DNA from: an uncultured delta proteobacterium
Lineage (GTDB): Bacteria; Desulfobacterota; Syntrophorhabdia; Syntrophorhabdales; WCHB1-27
Assembly: GCA_963810935.1 (NCBI GenBank)
Contig: CAWEPK010000008.1
Location: 544,001-608,000 of the forward strand
Direction of reading: 5' to 3'
DNA: 64,000 bases
Part shown: positions 1 through 9,502 of the stretch, piece after piece
Layout: every line of letters starts with the position of its first letter
Numbering within the stretch: the first letter of the stretch is position 1
Notes under the pieces: generated by a model
The model's database searches: none
Told to the model about the DNA's origin: nothing
The model's input: only the letters and a program-made list of their open reading frames with translations
Translations under genes and position numbers: made by a program

Positions 1-1536
1 AGGCGCGACCGCGTAGCGCACGCGTACCTTTTCGCAGGCCCCAGGGGCGTCGGCAAGACGACTATCGCCAGGATACTCGCAAAGGCGGTCAACTGCGCGC
101 AAGGCGTAAAGGAAGAGCCGTGCGATGAATGCGAGACCTGCAAGGCTATAAACAACAGCGGCTTCGTTGACGTCATCGAGATCGACGCCGCCTCCAACAG
201 GGGCATAGACGAGATAAGGGAGCTCCGGGAGACGGTGCGCTACCTGCCTATGGCGGGCAGGCGCAAGGTCTACATCATCGACGAGGCGCACATGCTGACC
301 GACCCCGCGTTCAACGCGCTCCTGAAGACCCTGGAGGAGCCGCCGGGCCACAATATCTTCATCCTCGCAACGACCGAATCCCACAAGATACCTTACACTA
401 TCGTATCCAGGTGCCAGCGCTTCGATTTCAGGAGAATATCGGAATCGGCGATCATGGAGCAATTGCGCCGGATCTGCCTCTCGAAAGAGATCGAGTGCGA
501 CGAGAGGGCCCTTAACTACATTGTCCGTGAGGCGGACGGGGGGCTGCGCGACGCGGAGTCGATACTCGACCAGGTAATCTCGTACAGCACAGCGCACATC
601 GCCGAGAAAGACGTGATCGACGTGATCGGGGTGGTCCGCAGGGATGTCGCCTATGAGATGGTGAAGAGCATCGTCGAGAAGGACCCAAAGGAGGGCCTCT
701 CCCTCATCGCCCGCACCCTCGAAGAAGGGAACGACGCCTACCAGGTCTACAAGGCGCTTCTCTCTTTCCTGCGCGACCTGCTCATGATAAAGCTCTGGCA
801 AGGCAGGCCCTCTTTCGTCTTTATGGACGACGAGGAGTATAAAAGGGCGACAGACCTTTTGAAGACGGTCGAGTATTACGAGATACAGAACATGGTACAC
901 CACATGCTCAAGACGGAGGACCTTATCCGGGGCGTCTTCCCCAGGGCGTCATTGGAGGTCCTCTACGTGAACCTCTACAACCTGTCGCAGCTTCGGGACG
1001 TAGAGGCAATGATAGATGCGGGCGAGCGTAAAGGAGCCCGAAGCCAAGAACCGGCTGACGCGCCACGGGCGAGCCGGCCCCCCGAGCCGCAGAAACCCGA
1101 GCAGCCGGCGGCAGCCCACAAGCCGTTTACGCCGCCGCCTGTCCGGACTGCTCCCGCAGTTGACGCCGGAGCACCCACCGAGCCCTCTTTCAGGCAGGCA
1201 TCCGATTCCAGGCAGGCGGACCCCGCGGACTCGCCCGATTCTTCAGGGCAGGCCGACAACTTCGTCTCTTACCTCAGAGAAAAAAGCAAGATGCTTTTCG
1301 CAATGCTCGCCTCATCGGAGATGACGGCCGTAGATGAAAAGCTGCAAGTCGCTATAAACAAACAGACAGCACTGCTGGCGAGTGACGCCGGAATCGCCGG
1401 TGAGCTGAAAAAACATGCGTCGGCCTTCTTCGGCAAAGATATGACCGTCCGCTTCGTCGACGGCGGCGAGGCAAAGACCGATACTATAGATGACTATATG
1501 CGGGAAGCCGAGACCGTGTTTAACTCGCAGGAATAA
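1..1536 (+). CDS. dnaX: DNA polymerase III subunit gamma/tau (5'-truncated by window edge)
   Basis: Frame 1 is open from base 1: HAYLFAGPRGVGKT (Walker A), EPCDEC..C Zn motif, EIDAAS, IIDEAHML, SRCQRF; Pro/Ala-rich linker; followed by ybaB-recR. Confidence 0.97.
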   Translation, partial: RRDRVAHAYLFAGPRGVGKTTIARILAKAVNCAQGVKEEPCDECETCKAINNSGFVDVIEIDAASNRGIDEIRELRETVRYLPMAGRRKVYIIDEAHMLTDPAFNALLKTLEEPPGHNIFILATTESHKIPYTIVSRCQRFDFRRISESAIMEQLRRICLSKEIECDERALNYIVREADGGLRDAESILDQVISYSTAHIAEKDVIDVIGVVRRDVAYEMVKSIVEKDPKEGLSLIARTLEEGNDAYQVYKALLSFLRDLLMIKLWQGRPSFVFMDDEEYKRATDLLKTVEYYEIQNMVHHMLKTEDLIRGVFPRASLEVLYVNLYNLSQLRDVEAMIDAGERKGARSQEPADAPRASRPPEPQKPEQPAAAHKPFTPPPVRTAPAVDAGAPTEPSFRQASDSRQADPADSPDSSGQADNFVSYLREKSKMLFAMLASSEMTAVDEKLQVAINKQTALLASDAGIAGELKKHASAFFGKDMTVRFVDGGEAKTDTIDDYMREAETVFNSQE

Positions 1537-1557
1537 TCGGCTTCATAAAAGGAGGCA

Positions 1558-1875
1558 ATGATGTCAAAGGGTTTCGGGCAGATCCTCAATCAGGCAAAAA
1601 AGATGCAGGAGCAGTTCCAGAAGCTTCAGGAAGAGATGGAGACGAAAGTCGTCGAGGGGCAGTCGGGCGGCGGTATGGTCACTTGCGTGGTAAACGGAAA
1701 ACAGGACCTCGTCTCCCTCAAGATCTCCGACGAGATATGGGAGGAGCACGACAAGGAGATGCTGGAAGACCTGGTCGTGGCCGCCATCAACGAGGGCCTG
1801 GGGAAGTCCAAGGACATGTGGAAGGAAGAGCTGTCGAAGATAACAGGCGGCATGCAGCTTCCCTTCGGTATGTAA
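1558..1875 (+). CDS. ybaB: YbaB/EbfC nucleoid-associated protein
   Basis: QAKKMQE, GQSGGGMV, EMLEDLVVAAIN; RBS AGGAGG; between dnaX and recR. Confidence 0.95.
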   Translation: MMSKGFGQILNQAKKMQEQFQKLQEEMETKVVEGQSGGGMVTCVVNGKQDLVSLKISDEIWEEHDKEMLEDLVVAAINEGLGKSKDMWKEELSKITGGMQLPFGM

Positions 1876-1878
1876 TAA

Positions 1879-2491
1879 ATGTATTATCCGGAACCCATCG
1901 AGCGACTCATAGAGAACCTGACGAGACTACCCGGCATCGGAAGGAAGAGCGCGACGCGCCTTGCCTTTTTCCTCCTCAACTCCAAGACCGAATACGTGGG
2001 CGAGCTGAGCAAAAGCATCATGGAGGTGAAGGAAAGGATCAAGTTGTGCAGCACCTGCTTCAATATCACCGACCTGGACCCGTGCCGCATATGCAGGGAT
2101 GAGAAGCGCGCACGCGATACCCTTTGCGTAGTCGAGGAGCCTTCCCACCTGATGGTGATAGAATCTGCGTTCCCCGGCATCTACCGTTACCACATACTCC
2201 ACGGCGTCATAAACCCGATAGACGGTATAGGCCCCGAAGAGATCAGGATACCGGAGATGCGTGAGCGCATAGCCAGAGAGAACATACGGGAGTCTGATTA
2301 TCGCAACGAACCCTACGATAGAGGGCAACACAACCGCCCATTACATCGTGGAAATGACTAAATCGTTCAACCTTAAGGTAAGCCGCATCGCCTCCGGCAT
2401 CCCCATAGGCGGCGACATAGTCTATATCGACCCGCTCACCATAAAGAGCGCCATCGACAACAGGAGGAGCCTGAAAGAGGACCGGTCATAA
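1879..2491 (+). CDS. recR: Recombination protein RecR (one extra base near 2293, probably a sequence error)
   Basis: LPGIGRKSATRLAF, C4 Zn finger, CVVE; after a +1 shift it continues LIIATNPTIEGNTTAHY...SRIASGIPIGGD...TAA at 2489-2491. Confidence 0.93.
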
Positions 2492-2522
2492 AAAAGCGCC
2501 GGTCAGCTAAATAACGTATCTT

Positions 2523-3179
2523 ATGGATATCATCAAATACGCGTTCGACATCATTGTCCACCTGGATAAGCACCTCGGTCTCGTGATCCAGCAGTACGGC
2601 GTCCATACGCACATACTTTTGTGCCTGGTCCTTTTCTGCGAGACGGGGCTTGTCGCCACGCCCTTCCTCCCCGGCGATTCCCTTCTGTTTGCAGCGGGCG
2701 CTTTCGCCGGTCTCGGGTCGCTCGACATCGGCTGGCTTGTTGCCTCGCTGCCGATAGCAGCCATGCTGGGCGACTCATCGAATTACTGGATCGGGCGCAA
2801 GGCAGGGCCGAAGGTCTTTTCCAGTGAAAGCTCGCGCCTGCTCAACAGGCGGCACCTCGACAGAACGCACGAGTTTTACGTGAGGTACGGCGGGAAAACG
2901 GTTATCATCGCACGGTTCGTGCCCATAATCAGGACATTTGCCCCGTTCGTGGCAGGCGTAGGCGCGATGTCGTACGGCCGGTTCCTTGTCTTCAGTATTG
3001 CCGGCAATATCGGCTGGGTGCTCATCTTCACCCTGGCCGGCTACTTCTTCGGCAATATCGCCCTGGTCAGGCAGAATTTCACGCTGGTGATCCTGGCGAT
3101 CATCATCATATCCGTGCTGCCGGGCGTGATGGGCTACATGCGCGAACGGCGCAAGCTAACTGCCGGGACAGAATCTTAA
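2523..3179 (+). CDS. dedA: DedA family membrane protein
   Basis: FCETGLVATPFLPGDSLLF, ARFVPIIRTFAPFVAG. Confidence 0.95.
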   Translation: MDIIKYAFDIIVHLDKHLGLVIQQYGVHTHILLCLVLFCETGLVATPFLPGDSLLFAAGAFAGLGSLDIGWLVASLPIAAMLGDSSNYWIGRKAGPKVFSSESSRLLNRRHLDRTHEFYVRYGGKTVIIARFVPIIRTFAPFVAGVGAMSYGRFLVFSIAGNIGWVLIFTLAGYFFGNIALVRQNFTLVILAIIIISVLPGVMGYMRERRKLTAGTES

Positions 3180-3209
3180 CTCCATAAAAACCGACAAACG
3201 AAAGTTCCT

Positions 3210-3638
3210 TTAGTGTCCCGGGTGGCCGCCCGGGCTTCCGGGTGCGCCGTCATGGCCGTCAGGCCCTCCCGGTGCGCCGTGTCCACCGGGCGCCCCGTGC
3301 TCAAAAACCTCGTGTCCCGGCGCCCCGTGCTCGAAATGCTCGTGGGCGCCGAACTGCTCCTCATGGGGCTGGTTCCAGTACCCGCCGTAAAAACCCGGAT
3401 AGTAGAACTCCGGATATTCTTCGTACTCATCGTAGGGATAGTAATCGTTGTAAGGGTAACCGGAGCCGGCGTACGGCTGAAAATATGGATCGTACGGATA
3501 TGGGTCGCGCCCGAGGGGATATTCGTTGTAGGGATACGTATACGGAGAATATTGATACTGGGCTGATGCCGGAGCTGCGTATGCCACGATGCACAGGATG
3601 ATTGCGGCTGCCGGCAGGAACAGCAAAAGCCTCTTCAT
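3210..3638 (-). CDS. Hypothetical secreted low-complexity protein (Tyr/Pro-rich, His/Gly-rich repeat tail)
   Basis: ATG at 3638 with AAGGAGG RBS; signal peptide MKRLLLFLPAAAIILCIVAYAAPASA; (FE)HGAPG repeats. Confidence 0.75.
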   Translation of the reverse strand: MKRLLLFLPAAAIILCIVAYAAPASAQYQYSPYTYPYNEYPLGRDPYPYDPYFQPYAGSGYPYNDYYPYDEYEEYPEFYYPGFYGGYWNQPHEEQFGAHEHFEHGAPGHEVFEHGAPGGHGAPGGPDGHDGAPGSPGGHPGH

Positions 3639-3817
3639 GAGGGCCTCCTTCGTTGCGGCCCGGCCGCCTTTTCGGAGCAGACAAAGCCGCGAAGTGATAA
3701 CAAAACATAGTGCGGCTCCCCCAAAAGGGCAACGGGGCGGCGAGATAGCGGGCTGCGGAACCATAATTGACAAATAGCGCTCCCGCGGGGCACAATCTTG
3801 GACCGGAGGCAAAAATA

Positions 3818-4819
3818 TTGGACGTTGCGGTCTCGGTCGTCCTGCCTGTCTATAACGCGTTGCGCGCCTCTCCGCGCTACCTGCCGGAGGCCATAGAGAG
3901 CGTGCTCGGCCAGAGTATGCGCGACTTCGAGCTTGTCGTAGTCGATGACGGCTCGGACGAAGATTACGGGCCGGTCAGGGCGCGATATACGGACAACCGC
4001 ATAGTCTGGCTGCGCCTTGAAAAAAACGGGGGGCAGGCGGCGGCCCGCAACGTCGGTGTCGATCGGGCAAGGGGCAAAGTGGTCGCCTTCATCGACCAGG
4101 ATGACCGGTTTTACCCGGAGCGCCTGGAGCGCGGTGTGGAGGCGTACAAAGATTGCATAATGACATACTCCGACATCGACGAGATCGACGCGGACGGCTC
4201 TATAATGACGCCGAGGGCGCTCGCCGCCCACCAGCCCGGAAGACACCCCATAAAATCGCTGCCCGACCTGCTGGCGTGGGATTCCCTCGTCCTCCCCGGC
4301 ACATGCCTTCTGGCCAGGGAGACGTTCCTCGCAACCGGCGGCTTCGACCCGCAGCTCTCGGGTTACGAGGACGATGATTTTTTTGTCCGCGTCTTCCGGA
4401 TGGGGCCTGTTCGCTTCATCGAAACGCCGCTGCTACAGTACCGCATATACCCGGAGAGCTACAGGTCGAGCAGCCGGGTTGACGCGAGCCGGCGCAACTA
4501 CTTCCGCAAGCTCGTAAGCGCCTTCCGCGACGGCGACCCACCCGGCCGTTACTGGGTGCGCGACAGGATTGCGCCCAGGTTTTCCGGCCTCTGGCTGACC
4601 CGCATCCGCTATGCCCTGCGTGCATCCGACGCCGAAACCTACCGGATGGCCGTGCGCGAGCTGGCCGAGACATCCGCTTACGGCCCGCCCCGTCTGCGGG
4701 CAGGCGGCGCAATCCTTGGCCGTATCCCCTACCCCGCCGCCCGCGTGGTATACAAACTCCCTCGATTCAGCTATCTGGCGCGCGTCATCTTCGGTATGCG
4801 CCGCAGGCCTAAACGATAA
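3818..4819 (+). CDS. Glycosyltransferase family 2
   Basis: VSVVLPVYN, VVDDGS, AARNVG, FIDQDD, YEDDD; TTG start after GGAGG. Confidence 0.9.
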   Translation: MDVAVSVVLPVYNALRASPRYLPEAIESVLGQSMRDFELVVVDDGSDEDYGPVRARYTDNRIVWLRLEKNGGQAAARNVGVDRARGKVVAFIDQDDRFYPERLERGVEAYKDCIMTYSDIDEIDADGSIMTPRALAAHQPGRHPIKSLPDLLAWDSLVLPGTCLLARETFLATGGFDPQLSGYEDDDFFVRVFRMGPVRFIETPLLQYRIYPESYRSSSRVDASRRNYFRKLVSAFRDGDPPGRYWVRDRIAPRFSGLWLTRIRYALRASDAETYRMAVRELAETSAYGPPRLRAGGAILGRIPYPAARVVYKLPRFSYLARVIFGMRRRPKR

Positions 4820-4887
4820 AAGGCTTCGAGGCCCCTTTTGTGCTATAATTATCAAGCAAAAACGCGGATAGACGGTCTCAAAGACAT

Positions 4888-5220
4888 ATGCACGAGCTTG
4901 CAATTACCCAGAACATTATAGACATCGCTGTAAGTCAGGCGCAGGACAGGAAGATAACAGGCATCAACCTGGTAATCGGCGAGCTTTCGAGCGTCGTAGA
5001 GGATTCGATACGCTTCTGCTTCGATGTGATATCGAAGGAGACCCCGGCGGAGGGCGCCACGATCGCCATTGTCAGGGTCCGGGCGGTGCTGCGTTGCGTA
5101 TCCTGTGGACATGAGTTCGGGATGGACACGGCGGGTGTTTGCCCCGCCTGCGGCAAGCGCGGCGGGGAAATAGCCGCCGGCAAGGAATTCTACATGGAAA
5201 GCATAGAGGTGGAGGACTAA
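4888..5220 (+). CDS. hypA: Hydrogenase nickel insertion protein HypA
   Basis: MHELAI, two CxxC motifs, GKEFYMESIEVE. Confidence 0.96.
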   Translation: MHELAITQNIIDIAVSQAQDRKITGINLVIGELSSVVEDSIRFCFDVISKETPAEGATIAIVRVRAVLRCVSCGHEFGMDTAGVCPACGKRGGEIAAGKEFYMESIEVED

Positions 5221-5225
5221 AGAGA

Positions 5226-5864
5226 ATGAAGATCAAGGTAGTGAAGAACATCCTGGACGCCAACGAGCAGATGGCAGCGGAGAACAAGGCCGTTTTCAAG
5301 AAGAAAGGCTTAACCGTGCTTAACGTCATGGCGTCGCCGGGTGCGGGCAAAACAAGCCTTATACTGAGGACCATCGAAGAGCTGGGCAGGCCGCTCGCAG
5401 TCATCGAGGGCGACATAGCCTCCACCATCGACGCAGAGAAGGTGAGTGAAAAGAAGGTGCCTGTCGTCCAGATCAATACGGACGGGGGCTGCCATCTGGA
5501 CGCGGCCATGATAAAGACATCCCTCGAGAAGCTGAAGCTGGACGGCGTGAAATACCTCTTCATCGAGAACGTGGGCAACCTCGTCTGTCCGTCCGAGTTC
5601 GTCCTCGGCGAAGACAAAAGGGTGCTCGTCGCGTCGGTGCCCGAGGGCGACGACAAGCCGTTCAAGTACCCCGGCATGTTCGCGACAGTCCAGGCCATCG
5701 TCCTCAACAAGATGGACATTCTCCCTTACATCGACTTCAGCGTCGCCCGCTTTCTGGAAGGCGTGCGTGCAGTCAACCCGAAGGCCCCTGTCTTTCAGGT
5801 CTCGTGCAAGACGAAGGAGGGGCTGTCCGATTGGATAGGCTGGCTGAAAAAGATCCGGTCCTGA
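5226..5864 (+). CDS. hypB: Hydrogenase nickel incorporation GTPase HypB
   Basis: SPGAGKT, GGCHLDA, ENVGNLVCP, EGDDKPFKYP, NKMD. Confidence 0.96.
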   Translation: MKIKVVKNILDANEQMAAENKAVFKKKGLTVLNVMASPGAGKTSLILRTIEELGRPLAVIEGDIASTIDAEKVSEKKVPVVQINTDGGCHLDAAMIKTSLEKLKLDGVKYLFIENVGNLVCPSEFVLGEDKRVLVASVPEGDDKPFKYPGMFATVQAIVLNKMDILPYIDFSVARFLEGVRAVNPKAPVFQVSCKTKEGLSDWIGWLKKIRS

Positions 5865-8143
5865 AGCATGTCACGGTACAGGGCGTAGTACAGGGCGTCG
5901 GCTTCCGCCCCTTCATCTACAGGCTCGCCCGCGAGCACAACCTTTCGGGCTGGGTCGCCAACACGAGCAGCGCAGTAGAGATCGAAATTGAAGGGCGCGG
6001 AGCTGACGTCGAGACGTTCATCTCCCGCATCGCGAGCAATGCACCGCCCAGGGCGCGCATAGAGACGGTGCGTGCTTCCGATTCATCAGCGCCCCGTGGC
6101 CTCAAAGGTTTCGAGATACGCGAGAGCCGCACAGACGCAGGCTATCAGCTCATATCGCCCGATATCGCCACCTGCCCCGACTGCTTGGCCGAATTGCTCG
6201 ACCCAGGCGACAGGCGGTACCGCTATCCCTTCACAAACTGCACCAATTGCGGCCCCCGCTTCACCATCATCACCGACATACCCTACGACAGGCCGAACAC
6301 CACCATGGCGCCCTTTCAGATGTGCGAGCTCTGCAGGCGCGAGTACGACGACCCACTCGACCGCCGGTTCCACGCACAGCCTAACGCCTGCCCGGTCTGC
6401 GGGCCGAAGGTATGGCTCACCGATGCGATGGGCCGGAAGGCGCCTTGCGACGGTGATGACGCCATCCGTGAAGCTGCGCGCCTCCTGCGTGGAGGGGCCG
6501 TAGTTGCAATCAAAGGCCTCGGCGGTTTTCAGCTTGCCTGCGACGCGACCGACGCCGCGGCGGTGACCGCGCTGCGGACAAGAAAGAGAAGGCCCGATAA
6601 GCCCTTTGCCGTCATGTTCCGGGACGTTGAAGAAGCGCACCGCCATTGTGCGGTCACCGATGCCGAATCGCGCCTCCTTTGCGCACCGGAAGCCCCCATC
6701 GTGCTCCTTGCCTGGCGGCCGGAATCGAATATCTGCGCACCCATCGCACCCGGAAACCTGTACCTGGGCGCGATGCTGCCCTGCACGCCGATCCACCACC
6801 TTCTGGTCCGCGACTTCGGCGGCCCCCTCGTAATGACGAGCGGCAACCTCTCGGAAGAGCCTATCGCAAAGGACAACGACGAGGCGCTGCGCCGCCTCGG
6901 AGGGCTGACCGATTATTTTCTGTTCCACAACAGGGACATACATTCGCGATACGACGACAGCGTCTGCCTGGCAAACCGTGAAACGCCCGAATCGATCAGG
7001 CGGGCGCGCAGCTATGCCCCCTACCCTGTCAAGCTTCCTTTCGCAACAAGGCCCATCCTTGCAGTCGGCGCGCAGGAGAAAAATACCTTCTGCCTGACAA
7101 GGGACGAGTTCGCCTTCGTCAGCCAGCATATAGGCGACTTGGAAAACGTGGAAACTCTCGACCACTTCACCGAGACCGTCGAGCTATACAAGAGGCTCTT
7201 TCGCATCGAGCCTGAGGTGCTTGCCTGCGACCTGCACCCCAACTACCTTTCGACCCGTTACGCGCGCGCACTCGTTGGCGCATTGCCGCTCTTCGGCGTC
7301 CAGCACCACCATGCGCACATCGCCTCCTGCATGGCGGAGCACGGACTCGTTGGCCCGGTCATCGGCGTCGCATTCGACGGCTCCGGCTTCGGCACAGACG
7401 GCACTGTCTGGGGCGGCGAATTCCTCATCGCCCGATACGACGGCTTCGAGCGGGCCGCATGCTTAGAACCCATGCCGCTGCCGGGTGGAGAGGTCTCGAT
7501 AAGAAGGCCCTATCGCCTCGCCTTCGCCTACCTGCACGCCCTCGGCCTGGACACGGCCGGTCTGCCCACGATTGAGGCCATAGCAGAAGAAGAGCGGGCG
7601 ATCATTACTACGCAAATCGTCCGGCACGTCAACACGCCGCTGACATCCTCCGCAGGCCGCCTGTTCGATGCTGCATCGGCCCTCCTGAACGTGGTGCGGA
7701 CCGTCAGCTTTGAGGGACAGGCAGCCATCGGCCTTGAAATGGCAGCCACGGGCGCAGCCGCCGGGCCCGGCACGCCTTACCCCTTCTCCATCGAGGAAAC
7801 GGAAGGCCCTTCCCTCGTAAGGCTGGCCGACCTTTTCGCCGGCATATGCAATGATGCCCGTTCAGGCGTCCATGTCCCGGAGATTGCCTTCCGCTTCCAC
7901 CTCACGGTGGCCCGCATGATAAGCGAGGCAGCAGCCGGCATCGCGTCGAGGACAGGCATCAAGACCGTCGTGCTCTCCGGCGGCTGCTTCCAGAACAGAC
8001 TCCTTACGGACCTTGCCGCGGACCTCCTGAAAGATGCAGGCCTCAATTGCCTCACCCACAGGCAAGTCCCCTGCAACGACGGCGCCATCAGCCTGGGCCA
8101 GGCAGCAATCGCCCACGCGAGGATGGTTATCAACAACCGCTAA
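5831..8143 (+). CDS. hypF: Carbamoyltransferase HypF
   Basis: GVVQGVGFRPF, Zn fingers, KGLGGF, DLHP, QHHHAH, NDGAISLGQ; TTG start 10 nt after AAGGAGG. Confidence 0.96.
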   Translation: MDRLAEKDPVLKHVTVQGVVQGVGFRPFIYRLAREHNLSGWVANTSSAVEIEIEGRGADVETFISRIASNAPPRARIETVRASDSSAPRGLKGFEIRESRTDAGYQLISPDIATCPDCLAELLDPGDRRYRYPFTNCTNCGPRFTIITDIPYDRPNTTMAPFQMCELCRREYDDPLDRRFHAQPNACPVCGPKVWLTDAMGRKAPCDGDDAIREAARLLRGGAVVAIKGLGGFQLACDATDAAAVTALRTRKRRPDKPFAVMFRDVEEAHRHCAVTDAESRLLCAPEAPIVLLAWRPESNICAPIAPGNLYLGAMLPCTPIHHLLVRDFGGPLVMTSGNLSEEPIAKDNDEALRRLGGLTDYFLFHNRDIHSRYDDSVCLANRETPESIRRARSYAPYPVKLPFATRPILAVGAQEKNTFCLTRDEFAFVSQHIGDLENVETLDHFTETVELYKRLFRIEPEVLACDLHPNYLSTRYARALVGALPLFGVQHHHAHIASCMAEHGLVGPVIGVAFDGSGFGTDGTVWGGEFLIARYDGFERAACLEPMPLPGGEVSIRRPYRLAFAYLHALGLDTAGLPTIEAIAEEERAIITTQIVRHVNTPLTSSAGRLFDAASALLNVVRTVSFEGQAAIGLEMAATGAAAGPGTPYPFSIEETEGPSLVRLADLFAGICNDARSGVHVPEIAFRFHLTVARMISEAAAGIASRTGIKTVVLSGGCFQNRLLTDLAADLLKDAGLNCLTHRQVPCNDGAISLGQAAIAHARMVINNR

Positions 8144-8171
8144 TATCCTCGGCCGTATCCATCCTCGGATC

Positions 8172-8200
8172 TTGTATGGTCCCCCGATCTGTCGTATACT
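8172..8200 (+). promoter_or_regulatory. Putative sigma70 promoter for hypCDE
   Basis: TTGTAT-N17-TATACT, 8 nt before the hypC ATG. Confidence 0.5.
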
Positions 8201-8208
8201 AAATTTCC

Positions 8209-8436
8209 ATGTGTCTAGCGGTACCTGCTCTCATCACCAGGATCGACGGCGCCATGGCCGATGCCGAGCTTGCCGGCAACATGACCCGCGTCAACGTACT
8301 CTTCACCCCTGAAGTCAAAGTGGGTGACTACGTCATCATGCACGCCGGGTACGCGATAAGCGTAATGGACAGCGCCGAGGCGGAGGAGACGTTCCGGCTG
8401 CTTGAAGAGATGGCGGGCTTCGATGCTGACGGGTAA
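8209..8436 (+). CDS. hypC: Hydrogenase maturation chaperone HypC
   Basis: MCLAVP, VGDYVIMHAGYA. Confidence 0.97.
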   Translation: MCLAVPALITRIDGAMADAELAGNMTRVNVLFTPEVKVGDYVIMHAGYAISVMDSAEAEETFRLLEEMAGFDADG

Positions 8437-9502
8437 TACCTTCCGCGATCCGGCGGTCGTAGAGAAGCTGAAAGACCGCATCCGGGCCGCGTCGCAGAAA
8501 TCCATCAAGGTGATGGAGTTCTGCGGCACCCACACCCACGCCATACACCGGTACGGCATCAGGCAGATGCTGCCGCCCACCGTAGAGATGTTTTCCGGCC
8601 CCGGCTGCCCCGTCTGCGTCACGGACAATACCGATATAGACCACGCCATCGCCCTTTCGAAGCTCCCCGGAGTCATCGTAGCCACATTCGGCGACCTTCT
8701 GAAAGTGCCCGGCAGCGCAGGCAGCCTCCTAACGAGCAAAGCGGAAGGGGCGGCGGTTATGATGGTCTATTCGCCGCTCGACGCCCTCGTCCTTGCAGCC
8801 GACAACCCGGCCTGCCGCGTCGTCTTCCTCGGCATCGGGTTTGAGACAACGGCCCCGGCCGTCGCGGCCTCCATCGCCGAGGCAAGCGAGAGGGGGCTAT
8901 CCAACTATTCCGTTCTATCAATGCACAAAGTGACGCCACCCGCAATGAGGGCGATCCTCGACGCGAAGGAGATAGCCCTCGACGCGATCCTTTGCCCCGG
9001 CCACGTCAGCACGGTGACCGGAGCAGACGCCTGGCGGTTCGTGTCTGAAGATTACCACATACCTGCCGTAGTGGCCGGCTTCGAGCCGGTGGACATCATG
9101 CTGGCCGTCTCTCAGATCGTGCACCAGTGCGAATCAGGCAACGCCCGTGTGACCAACGCCTACCCGCGCAGCGTGACCGATTCAGGCAACGGGCCGGCCC
9201 GCGAGATGATGGACAAGGTTTTCGAGACTGCTCCCGCAAGATGGCGGGGCCTCGGCGAGATCCCGGCAAGCGGGCTTTCCGTGCGCGCAGCTTATGCAGC
9301 CCACGACGCGCGCCGCCTCTTCGACGTGGAAGTCCCGGAAAGCCGGGCACCCGTTGGGTGCAGTTGCGGCGAAATCATCAGGGGCATCATGCGGCCCGAC
9401 GCATGCCCGCTTTTCAGGACCGTCTGCACGCCGTCCCACCCTGTCGGGCCATGCATGGTCTCGTCAGAAGGGAGTTGCTCCGCCTACTACCTCTATGGAT
9501 AA
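8423..9502 (+). CDS. hypD: Hydrogenase formation protein HypD
   Basis: MEFCGTHTH, SGPGCPVC, GFETT, PGHVS, GPCMVSSEGSC. Confidence 0.97.
   Translation: MLTGNTFRDPAVVEKLKDRIRAASQKSIKVMEFCGTHTHAIHRYGIRQMLPPTVEMFSGPGCPVCVTDNTDIDHAIALSKLPGVIVATFGDLLKVPGSAGSLLTSKAEGAAVMMVYSPLDALVLAADNPACRVVFLGIGFETTAPAVAASIAEASERGLSNYSVLSMHKVTPPAMRAILDAKEIALDAILCPGHVSTVTGADAWRFVSEDYHIPAVVAGFEPVDIMLAVSQIVHQCESGNARVTNAYPRSVTDSGNGPAREMMDKVFETAPARWRGLGEIPASGLSVRAAYAAHDARRLFDVEVPESRAPVGCSCGEIIRGIMRPDACPLFRTVCTPSHPVGPCMVSSEGSCSAYYLYG

Noticed and set aside
1280..1286. AAAAAAG in dnaX as an E. coli-type -1 frameshift site
   Set aside because: Codon phase is GAA AAA AGC, not A AAA AAG, and A6 is short for transcriptional slippage
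3230..3345. Short direct repeats as a CRISPR or other DNA array
   Set aside because: They are in-frame codon repeats for HGAPG; no constant repeat-spacer period and no cas genes
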